Source: Pseudomonadota bacterium
GTDB taxonomy: Bacteria; Bdellovibrionota; UBA2428
Direction: 5' to 3'
Assembly (NCBI GenBank): GCA_018001635.1
Contig: JAGNHS010000009.1
Coordinates: forward strand, 3,091-67,090
Length of the DNA stretch: 64,000 bases
The position numbers were made by a program, and so were the translations under genes. The notes beneath the pieces are model-generated. The model was not told the origin of the DNA and ran no database searches. It worked only from the letters and a program-made list of their open reading frames with translations. Of the stretch, positions 18,690-26,600 are shown piece by piece; positions within the stretch are counted from its first letter, which is position 1, and the number at the start of each line of letters is the position of its first letter.

Positions 18690-20882
18690 ATGCTCTGCGC
18701 AATCTTGAAAAACTTCATATTTTTATCATTTTTTTTATTAGCATCGCTTTCTCAAATTCAAGGAGCCAGAGCTGCTTGCGACGCTCCACTTTTAATAGAA
18801 TCAGATTTGGTGAAAGAAATTCTTCACCCAACAAAAGTTCTCCCTTTTGCAAAATTACAGGAATCTCAAGCTTCTTCGTTGGTCACTGAAGCACTTCAAT
18901 ATTTAGAATCAAAAATTGCAATAATTGTAGAAGATAATTCAGCTCCAACTTTTCAAAATACCTATGCGGCTTTGGACTCACTCTTTACTGATATGGCTAC
19001 ATTTGAGTCATTATTTGGATCTGTTTTTTATTCACTTATGATGAGTCCAGTCACTGAGCAGGCCTATGCCAATTTTGGTGAAGAGAAGCTTCGTTTAGAA
19101 TCTAAATATTTACTCAATAAAAATCTTTGGGAAAGAATGCAAAAGGCAAAACAACTTAGTGGAACTGCGACTCAACTTAGTTTTGAAAAAAAGCTCATCG
19201 AATTTATAGATAAAAAGTTTCTTCAAGAGGGAATAGAATTATCCGACGCTGACAAGCAAAGATTAGAAAAAAATAAAATTGAAAGTTTACGACAACAAAC
19301 GGCGTTTAATGATGCTGTGGTTGGCGAAACCTCAAAAATTAGAATTATAATTAAAGATAAAAAAAGATTGGCTGGTTTGCCAGCTTCTCTCATTTCAGAA
19401 GCTTTTGAGAGGGCGCAAAAAGAGGGAACGCCCGAAGCCTACAGCTTTGCTATTTCTGGTAGTACTTATATTACAATTATTGGATCGGCGACTGATCGAG
19501 ATCTAAGGAAAGAAATTTTTACTAAAGCTAGAAGAGTGAGTCCAAACATTGGAGCTTATTCAACAGAGACTACGCTACTCAGTGATGAAGCCAATAGTGA
19601 AAGTTTAAAAGCAGTAAGAGCCTTGGCTAAGCTAAGAGATGAAAAGGCTAAAATTCTAGGCTTTGATAATTATGCTTCTTGGGTTGTGTCCTCGCAATCG
19701 GCAGGAAGCTTAAGAAAGGTTGAAGATTTTTTAAAAGAATTATTAAAGCGATCTCGAGTTAAAGCTGAGGCCGAATGGAAAGAGCTTTCTCAACTAGCTG
19801 CTGCCGATGGAGTTAATGAACTTCAGGCTTGGGATCTTATGTATTATCGCAATTTAGCTTTGAGTCGCTTTCTTCAAATGGACACGAGTAAGCTAAATTC
19901 TTATTTTGATTTAAATTTAGTCATTTCACGAGTTTTAAAAAATATAAACACCACCTTTGGTTTAGAGTTTATTCCTGATGAATCTTTAGAACTTTATAAT
20001 TCTCAAGATGTTAAAGCCTATAAAGTTGTTGATCATCGTCGTTCGGGAGAAGTTGCAGCTTATGTGTATCTTGATTTGTATGGAAGAGCTTCAAAGGGTG
20101 GAGCTTTTATAAGCACCGTGAAGCGAAGAAGAGTGTCGGGAAATCAAAATTCTCCTGCTTCAGTTGTCGTGAGTTATAATTTTTCTAGAGCCCCCAAAGA
20201 TGAATCTAACTTTATTAGTTTTGAGCAATTAAGAACTTTACTTCATGAGCTTGGACACGTTTGTCATGCTGTGAAATCGGATACTGTTTTTGGAACATTA
20301 GCTAGTCCCGATGCCGTGGCTTGGGATTTTGTTGAATTCCCTTCAAAATTGTTTGAAAATTTTATAACGGACCCTGATTTTATGAATCAAGTAGCCTATT
20401 TGAATGATGACCCTGCTCAAAGTTTGCCCAAGGAGGTTTTACAAAGATTGGCGCAGTCTCAAAACTTTATGCCAGGAGTCCTTTACTTGTCGAAAGCCAT
20501 TTATAGTTTGATTGATCTTGCATGGCATTCAAAAGCTCCGGGGCAAGATATTTCTGTTCAAGATTTTGAAAAAGAAGTTATTGGCGGTACGCTAATGCAT
20601 ACCCCTTTTGAAAATTCTACTTTTTCATCTACATTCACTCATATATTTTCGAGTTCAGAGTATGCTGCGCTTTTTTACAGTTATTTATATTCTCAGGCTT
20701 ATGCAGACATCGCGTATGATTTGCGTTTTGCTAAAGAAGGAGCTTTGAATCCAAAGGTTGGGGCCGATATGGGAGATGATATCTTAAGGCAAGGTGCTTT
20801 GGTCCCAGAGGGCGAACAGTTTGAAAAATTTTCAGGCCGCCCTTTTGATGTGGAAACATTTTTTAAAAGAATAGGCCTTTAG
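18690..20882 (+). CDS. M3-family zinc metallopeptidase (oligopeptidase A / peptidyl-dipeptidase Dcp-like), exported
   Basis: HELGH zinc motif (LLHELGHVCH) in an M3-length protein. The ORF is open from TTG 18591, but ATG 18690 gives a signal peptide (MLCAILKNFIFLSFFLLASLSQIQGARA). Confidence 0.85.
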   Translation: MLCAILKNFIFLSFFLLASLSQIQGARAACDAPLLIESDLVKEILHPTKVLPFAKLQESQASSLVTEALQYLESKIAIIVEDNSAPTFQNTYAALDSLFTDMATFESLFGSVFYSLMMSPVTEQAYANFGEEKLRLESKYLLNKNLWERMQKAKQLSGTATQLSFEKKLIEFIDKKFLQEGIELSDADKQRLEKNKIESLRQQTAFNDAVVGETSKIRIIIKDKKRLAGLPASLISEAFERAQKEGTPEAYSFAISGSTYITIIGSATDRDLRKEIFTKARRVSPNIGAYSTETTLLSDEANSESLKAVRALAKLRDEKAKILGFDNYASWVVSSQSAGSLRKVEDFLKELLKRSRVKAEAEWKELSQLAAADGVNELQAWDLMYYRNLALSRFLQMDTSKLNSYFDLNLVISRVLKNINTTFGLEFIPDESLELYNSQDVKAYKVVDHRRSGEVAAYVYLDLYGRASKGGAFISTVKRRRVSGNQNSPASVVVSYNFSRAPKDESNFISFEQLRTLLHELGHVCHAVKSDTVFGTLASPDAVAWDFVEFPSKLFENFITDPDFMNQVAYLNDDPAQSLPKEVLQRLAQSQNFMPGVLYLSKAIYSLIDLAWHSKAPGQDISVQDFEKEVIGGTLMHTPFENSTFSSTFTHIFSSSEYAALFYSYLYSQAYADIAYDLRFAKEGALNPKVGADMGDDILRQGALVPEGEQFEKFSGRPFDVETFFKRIGL

Positions 20883-20889
20883 TTAATCG

Positions 20890-21240
20890 TTAAGTTTTTT
20901 TAACGAATTCAGATTTTAGACTCATATTTCCAAAGCCTTCAATTTTGCAGTCGATGTTATGCCCGTCGCTGCTTTCAACAAGGCGAATGTTTCTTACCTT
21001 TGTACCAATTTTAACGGAAGATGAAGAGCCCTTTACTTTGAGGTCTTTTATGACACTAACCGAATCTCCGTCTTTTAGAATGTTTCCAAAGGCGTCGCGC
21101 ACGTTGAGTTCTTGATTGTCTATCTTTTCATTTTGAAGTGCTGGATTCCATTCGTGGGCACATTCTGGGCAAATAAATAGCTCTCTATCAGGATAAACGT
21201 GATTAGACTGACACTTTGGACATTGGGGAGAATCGCTCAT
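20890..21240 (-). CDS. yjdM: PhnA/YjdM family zinc-ribbon protein
   Basis: N-terminal CPKC...CPEC zinc ribbon. C-terminal LKVKGSS..[13 protein letters not shown]...[20 protein letters not shown]. Confidence 0.9.
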   Translation of the reverse strand: MSDSPQCPKCQSNHVYPDRELFICPECAHEWNPALQNEKIDNQELNVRDAFGNILKDGDSVSVIKDLKVKGSSSSVKIGTKVRNIRLVESSDGHNIDCKIEGFGNMSLKSEFVKKT

Positions 21241-21327
21241 AAATAATGTTTTGCATTCAATTATTATTTAAGTCCAGTGATTAAAATGTAGAATCCTTAG
21301 GTTATAATTTTTTTAAGTGGGGTTCCT

Positions 21328-22392
21328 ATGCGATTACGTTTAGTTTTATTTTTTCTAATGACTTTTAGTTTTACTAATCTTTGGGCGGTTGATGCTTTGT
21401 TGAGTGAATCCACTACGCTTAGAGATAAGCCTGATGCTGCCGTTGGAGGCACGGCCGTTGAGGGAAATCAGAAGGTTGAAGCGTTAAAAAAATCTAAAGA
21501 TGGTAATTGGATATATATTCGTACTGATTTGGCTAATGAGGGTTGGGTAGAGCGGAATTTATTAAAGCGCGTTAGTTCTCCGTCATCAAAAACAAAAGTA
21601 ACCGATAATTCAAAACCTGAACTTCCAGAAATTGACTCTAAAGTATTGGCTTATCGTGGAAGTCGTCTTTATGAAGGGCCTAATACTAAGAATCCAAAAG
21701 AAGTTGGAGAGGTTGAGCCCGATGATGAATTGCAGATTTTGGGAAATTCTCCGGATGGCAGGTGGCTAAACGTTAAAGTGATTTATACTGGTATAAAAGG
21801 TTGGGTCCCAGCTTCAGTAGCTACGGCAGCTAAATCTTCGGCTAGAGGTAAAAAGAAAGCTAAAAATAATTCTACTTTAGACGAAGATAATGAGGCTTCG
21901 GGCAATGAAGAAGATTTTGAAGGCACGGTGTCCTCAGGATCAAATCACGATCGGCTTTATACTTTGGGACTAAATTCTCATTTTATTGCTTCGAAAGTTT
22001 CTGGGGCGAGTAAAAATACTTATGACAAGCTTATATCAGCATCTTTTGGAAAAAACTTTGGAGTTTTTGAGATCGTTCCTAGGTTTTCGTGGATTCCAGG
22101 AACCTCAACAAATGTGATTGAGTTGGGTTGTGAGTTAGATTTCAATTTTACAAAAAATAAGAGCCCTGAAAAAAAGATTTTTGGAGTTTATGGGCTTCCG
22201 TTAATCACTAAAGGATTTGGAGATTATAGCTATACGGCTTATGGTGTTGAAGGTGGCTTTACTTCTAAGTATTTTATACTCAGAAAATCAAGTACAGCCA
22301 TTCGAATCGACATTTTGGCTCGATTTCAAAAAGTCTCCTCAGTCAATACGATTTCCTTTGGGGTCGGAGCAGGTATTCAACCTTATTTTTGA
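21328..22392 (+). CDS. Exported protein with two SH3b-like repeats and a C-terminal barrel-like region
   Basis: Signal peptide. Two ...DG.W..(I/V).......GWV segments. K/N/E-rich linker. C-terminal alternating hydrophobic segments ending GAGIQPYF. Confidence 0.7.
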   Translation: MRLRLVLFFLMTFSFTNLWAVDALLSESTTLRDKPDAAVGGTAVEGNQKVEALKKSKDGNWIYIRTDLANEGWVERNLLKRVSSPSSKTKVTDNSKPELPEIDSKVLAYRGSRLYEGPNTKNPKEVGEVEPDDELQILGNSPDGRWLNVKVIYTGIKGWVPASVATAAKSSARGKKKAKNNSTLDEDNEASGNEEDFEGTVSSGSNHDRLYTLGLNSHFIASKVSGASKNTYDKLISASFGKNFGVFEIVPRFSWIPGTSTNVIELGCELDFNFTKNKSPEKKIFGVYGLPLITKGFGDYSYTAYGVEGGFTSKYFILRKSSTAIRIDILARFQKVSSVNTISFGVGAGIQPYF

Positions 22393-22412
22393 TGATTAAT
22401 TTATTTCGTTTA

Positions 22413-24020
22413 CTAATTCTGGTCAGGAGCCATTCTGTCTGGGACAAAATCATTTTCGGGGCGACTTCTCATGTTTTTAGGTCGAGGTGGCGGAAGTTTT
22501 AAAAAATCTTCAGAGTTATTTTTAAGAATTTTAATTTTTTCAATTTCATTTGAGGATCGTTGATATTCAAGAATCAAAGAATGAATTTTTTTTATCAGTA
22601 AGCTTCGCTCTTCTTGGGGAATTTTTAAAAATTCATCACGATAGATTTTGGGACGCTGAAGTTTTTCACTAAGGTGGGTGGCTTCTTCCCATGCCTTTTT
22701 TAAAGATTCACTTCGTGTCTCGCTTGTGTTTTGCACCTCACCCATAATTTCTCTTAGTAGATTTCGGTCTTCGGCAGGTAATTGGCCACGATTGATTTCA
22801 TTGTTTTGAATGTTTTGTTCTTCGGAATCGTTTGAAGAAATGCTGTTTGTTAAGTTTTTATTTTTATTAATAAAAAATTTTATTGGTATAAGAGCAAGGC
22901 TCAATAATAAAAAACCAAGTCCTATATAAGCTAGTTGATCTTTTCTGGTGAATTTTTTTGTAGTTAAAGGATTGTTGTTTGATAGTACAGTTGGATAATC
23001 ATCGTTTAATTTCACTTTTTTAGTGTTTTCAATTAACGTTTGTATTCTTTGTTTTTCAGTAAAAAAAAGATCTCCAAAGGCACCAGAAACAAAAGTTTTT
23101 AGAAATTCAGTCCCTGAGGAAAGATTGTGGCTTCTTTGATAGTTTTCTATCCACTTTGAAATTTCTTTTGCGTTCTTGGGTCGACTTTCTGGGTTTATTG
23201 AAAGCATTTTAAATACAAACTCTGAAAGTTCGTGATCGATATTTTTATCTATTGTGGAAAGATCTTCGATTTTAAATGTACCTTCAATGTATTTTTCAAT
23301 AGCGAGAGTTTTATTGTCGTCTATTCCACTAAATAATCTTTTCCCACTTGCGAGTTCCCATAATATGACCCCTAAACAAAAAATATCAGCTCGAGCATCT
23401 AGTTTGTGACTGGCCTGAAATTGCTCAGGAGCCATGTAAGTAAATTTTCCTTTTACTTGACCACTGAAAACCGTAGCCGATCCAAGATGCTTAGCTTTAG
23501 CCACTCCAAAATCAATTAATTTTACATATCCTGCTGAAGTTAAAATGATGTTGTGTGGAGAAACGTCTCTATGAAGTATGGGCTCAATTTTTCCACTGAT
23601 GGGGTCAACGCATTCGTGAGCAGCACTTAATCCAAGGGCAATTTGTCTAGCAATTTCCATAGTAGGAGCTAGAGGCAGTTTTTGAAGGGCCTGAGCCTCT
23701 AGGGCTTCGGAAGACTTTTTAAGACTTAAACCATCTAAGTACTCCATAATGAGATAAGGTTCTGCATCGCTCCCAATCTCAACGTCATAAGTTTGAACAA
23801 TATGGGGAGATTGTAACGAAATGAGGGCTTGGGCTTCAATTTTAAAGAGTTCTCGAAGTTCTTTTTGATTTTCTCTTCCACCTCGGGCTCGCTTAATAAT
23901 TACGAGTCTGTGTCCTCCGGTTCCAATATATTGAAGAGCCAGGTAGATTTCGGCCATCCCACCTGAGGCTAAGTGCTCCAAAAGCACATATTTACCCCAG
24001 CGCACGGGAAATTTATCCAT
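22413..24020 (-). CDS. Hanks-type Ser/Thr protein kinase with one TM helix and a charged C-terminal region
   Basis: Gly-loop/VIIK, catalytic HRDVSPHNIIL, DFGVAK, MAPEQ. TM segment LAYIGLGFLLLSLALIPIKFFI. Confidence 0.9.
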   Translation of the reverse strand: MDKFPVRWGKYVLLEHLASGGMAEIYLALQYIGTGGHRLVIIKRARGGRENQKELRELFKIEAQALISLQSPHIVQTYDVEIGSDAEPYLIMEYLDGLSLKKSSEALEAQALQKLPLAPTMEIARQIALGLSAAHECVDPISGKIEPILHRDVSPHNIILTSAGYVKLIDFGVAKAKHLGSATVFSGQVKGKFTYMAPEQFQASHKLDARADIFCLGVILWELASGKRLFSGIDDNKTLAIEKYIEGTFKIEDLSTIDKNIDHELSEFVFKMLSINPESRPKNAKEISKWIENYQRSHNLSSGTEFLKTFVSGAFGDLFFTEKQRIQTLIENTKKVKLNDDYPTVLSNNNPLTTKKFTRKDQLAYIGLGFLLLSLALIPIKFFINKNKNLTNSISSNDSEEQNIQNNEINRGQLPAEDRNLLREIMGEVQNTSETRSESLKKAWEEATHLSEKLQRPKIYRDEFLKIPQEERSLLIKKIHSLILEYQRSSNEIEKIKILKNNSEDFLKLPPPRPKNMRSRPENDFVPDRMAPDQN

Positions 24021-24131
24021 ATTATTACTCTAACTGAGAAATGGAGCTATTCAAGATTTTGAGTTAGGGATCTTCTGCCTCTTCTATTATCCCTTCCAAG
24101 CTGATTTAATAATATTGGGGATGCTTGTTTG

Positions 24132-24818
24132 ATGAGTCATTTATTTTTACTTGAGGATGACCCTGTATTTGGAAAGAATCTTAAACTTTATCTTGAGACC
24201 AATGATTTTGTCGTGACGTGGGTGCGCGATCTCAAGGGCGCAAGATTGGCATTTTCAAATGCAAAACCCGATCTTTTGCTTTTGGACTGGAGCTTGCCCG
24301 ATGGAACGGGTTTAGAATTTTATAAAAAATTTAATAAGTCTATTAAACTGCCTTGCTTTTTTCTGACCTCGCGCGAGGATGAGGAATCAGCCATTGAAGC
24401 ATTAACTTATGGTGCCAATGATTATCTACGGAAACCCTTTGGCCAAGGTGAGCTCATCGTAAAAATTAAAAAAGCTCTGGGTGAGGCTAGCAATCCAAAA
24501 AAAGAAATTCGATTTGATAAATTGCTTTTAAATTTAGCTTCAAAAATGGCTTCTTATTCAGGAAATGAAATTGAGTTAAGGCGCAAGGAGTTTGCATTGT
24601 TAGAACTTTTAGTAGCGCATTCGGATGAGGTGGTTTCTCGCGAAAGCGTTTTAAAGGTTATCGATTCAACTGAAGAGGGGATTTTTGACCGTGCGGTAGA
24701 TACGCATGTTTCAAGGCTTAGAAAATCATTAAGTTCTGCAGGTGTAAAAGATTTAGAAATTGAATCAGTCTATGGAGAGGGATATCGATTAAAGAAAATC
24801 TCTAAAGCTAAAAAGTGA
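24132..24818 (+). CDS. OmpR/PhoB-family response regulator
   Basis: Receiver domain (LLLLDWSLPDG, KP motif LRKPF) plus a winged-helix output domain (VDTHVSRLRKSL...GEGYRL). The track ORF starts one codon earlier, at TTG 24129. Confidence 0.9.
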   Translation: MSHLFLLEDDPVFGKNLKLYLETNDFVVTWVRDLKGARLAFSNAKPDLLLLDWSLPDGTGLEFYKKFNKSIKLPCFFLTSREDEESAIEALTYGANDYLRKPFGQGELIVKIKKALGEASNPKKEIRFDKLLLNLASKMASYSGNEIELRRKEFALLELLVAHSDEVVSRESVLKVIDSTEEGIFDRAVDTHVSRLRKSLSSAGVKDLEIESVYGEGYRLKKISKAKK

Positions 24819-25846
24819 TTCGAGGTTTTTTTAATAAATGGCCCCTTTCGATACTTGTGATGGGAATCGTCGTTCTCATTTTGTCTTTGTTCTCAACAAC
24901 AAGTTTAATTTCGGTTGTTTTAGTTTCATTATTGGCTCTTAGTATTGCTTTTTATAATGACACTCGTCCAGTGGCATCGACGGGATCTCAGAAGGAAGCC
25001 GTTGAAGTTTTAAGCTCTTTACGTTCAGGAAATCTTAAAACTCGTGCTCAGGTTAAGAGTTTAGATTCAGAGGGTCGATTTTTACAACTCATCAATGAAG
25101 TGGCTGAAGAATTAGAATCATTAGTGGCTAAAAATAAAATGTTAGAACGCTCTAAAACACAATGGCTTCAGGAATTGGCTCATGATTTAAGGACTCCTTT
25201 GGCCTCTATCGAATTGGCTCAAACAGCTTTAAAAAAATCTGGAAATAAGTTGAGTGAAGAACAAAAATTAGGGCTTATAGACGACACTGTTAATGAGACC
25301 CATCATTTGAGAGTTTTAGTAGAAGATATGATGACATTATCTTTATTAGAAGATTCTTCTTATTTTTCAAGTCGAGAAAATATTGTTCTCATCGATTTGT
25401 TTGAGAGTGTTTTAATGGGATATCCTGAGAGAGCAAAAAGTTTATCTAAAGAATTAATACTAACTTTTGATAAAACAGTATTTTTAGAAAAGAAAATAAC
25501 TTCAAATAGATCTCTTCTAACAAGGCTTATAAAGAATTGTATTGATAATGCTATAGCTTATTCTTATTCACGAATTGAAATTTCTTTAAAGGAAAATGAA
25601 GCTAGGCAATCCCTCATTTTTTCTATTAAAAATGATGGCGCTAATATGAGCGAAGAACAAATGAGTAATTTCGGACAACAGAGAAAAGCGCGTGGTGATT
25701 CTAAGTCGGAGAAGTTGCCGACGTCATTGGGTTTAGGTTCCATTATTATTGTAAGATCTGCTAAACTATTGGGAGCTCAATTTAAAATTGAAAATGTAGT
25801 TTTGAGCAATCAATCGTCAGGCGTAGGAATTGAAATAATTTTTTAG
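24815..25846 (+). CDS. Sensor histidine kinase
   Basis: Two N-terminal TM segments, H-box ELAHDLRTPLASI, N-box IDNAIAYS, G-box SLGLGS. GTGA overlap with the regulator gene. Confidence 0.85.
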   Translation: MIRGFFNKWPLSILVMGIVVLILSLFSTTSLISVVLVSLLALSIAFYNDTRPVASTGSQKEAVEVLSSLRSGNLKTRAQVKSLDSEGRFLQLINEVAEELESLVAKNKMLERSKTQWLQELAHDLRTPLASIELAQTALKKSGNKLSEEQKLGLIDDTVNETHHLRVLVEDMMTLSLLEDSSYFSSRENIVLIDLFESVLMGYPERAKSLSKELILTFDKTVFLEKKITSNRSLLTRLIKNCIDNAIAYSYSRIEISLKENEARQSLIFSIKNDGANMSEEQMSNFGQQRKARGDSKSEKLPTSLGLGSIIIVRSAKLLGAQFKIENVVLSNQSSGVGIEIIF

Positions 25847-25864
25847 TTTATGATAAATAAAGAT

Positions 25865-25905
25865 TGGCACCAAATGAGTGGGATGGGTCCACTCATTTGG
25901 TGCCA
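25865..25905. terminator. Bidirectional terminator-like hairpin between convergent genes
   Basis: Perfect 17-bp stem tggcaccaaatgagtgg / ccactcatttggtgcca with a 7-nt loop. Confidence 0.6.
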
Positions 25906-25928
25906 GGGATAGACCCCAATTACGTTTT

Positions 25929-26351
25929 TTAAGCGTCCTCGGGTCTTGGCGGCTGATTTAAGGGCTTGCAGAAATATTTATCGCTGGCTTTTAGTTGCTC
26001 TAATATTTCTGGATTAGATTTCAGTTTTTCGGGAATAGATAAACAAGTGCTTTTAAAACTTGGTGGTGTGGGTCTAGATGTGTCCGGATTCTTGGGCGGA
26101 GTTGCTATACAGGAATCGCCTAATTGTCGGCCTCTACAAGCTTCAATGAGAAACATGGGTGCGGGTCTTTTTCTTTCACCGCGGCGGCCTCTTTGTCGGC
26201 CCATTCCTTCACCGCGTTCAGAATTTGCTCTTCCTCTTTGTTGGCCAAGGGCCTCATCAGCTTCTGATTCGTTTCTGCCTTGTTTAGGACCTCTAGCAAA
26301 AACGACAGCTGCTAAAAGGAGGCTTGTTATGATAAAAATTTTTTTGTTCAT
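25929..26351 (-). CDS. Small secreted Arg/Gly-rich, four-Cys protein
   Basis: Signal peptide MNKKIFIITSLLLAAVVFA. RG-rich stretch QRGRANSERGEGMGRQRGRRGERKR. Pro-rich C-terminal half with 4 Cys. Preferred over the antisense ORF 25966-26379, which lacks a signal peptide. Confidence 0.65.
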   Translation of the reverse strand: MNKKIFIITSLLLAAVVFARGPKQGRNESEADEALGQQRGRANSERGEGMGRQRGRRGERKRPAPMFLIEACRGRQLGDSCIATPPKNPDTSRPTPPSFKSTCLSIPEKLKSNPEILEQLKASDKYFCKPLNQPPRPEDA

Positions 26352-26600
26352 GAGTAAGTATCCCCCTTACGAATACTAGAATACGATTTCATTGTGGCAT
26401 AAGTGTGACTGAATAGCTAAAAAATTATGCAATGTTTTCAGGTGCATAGCGCTTCTTAACCTTTTCTTAACAGTGGAGACTAGAGACGTTTCAATGAATC
26501 TTTAATTGAAGCTAGGACTTTATAGAGTTGACACAACTCATGATTCTTACAATGCAATGAGTCTGCCCCCTACCTACTTTTTTAAGAAAGGGATTTTTTT

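Noticed and set aside
18476-18690. The tRNA 3' flank as a possible genomic-island integration site
   Set aside because: There is no integrase, no direct repeat of the tRNA 3' end and no obvious compositional break. Downstream genes (M3 peptidase, yjdM) look like ordinary chromosomal genes.
25966-26379. 137-aa plus-strand ORF overlapping the RG-rich secreted protein gene
   Set aside because: The opposite frame has a clean signal peptide and a coherent architecture. This frame has no start context and would run into the divergent promoter region.
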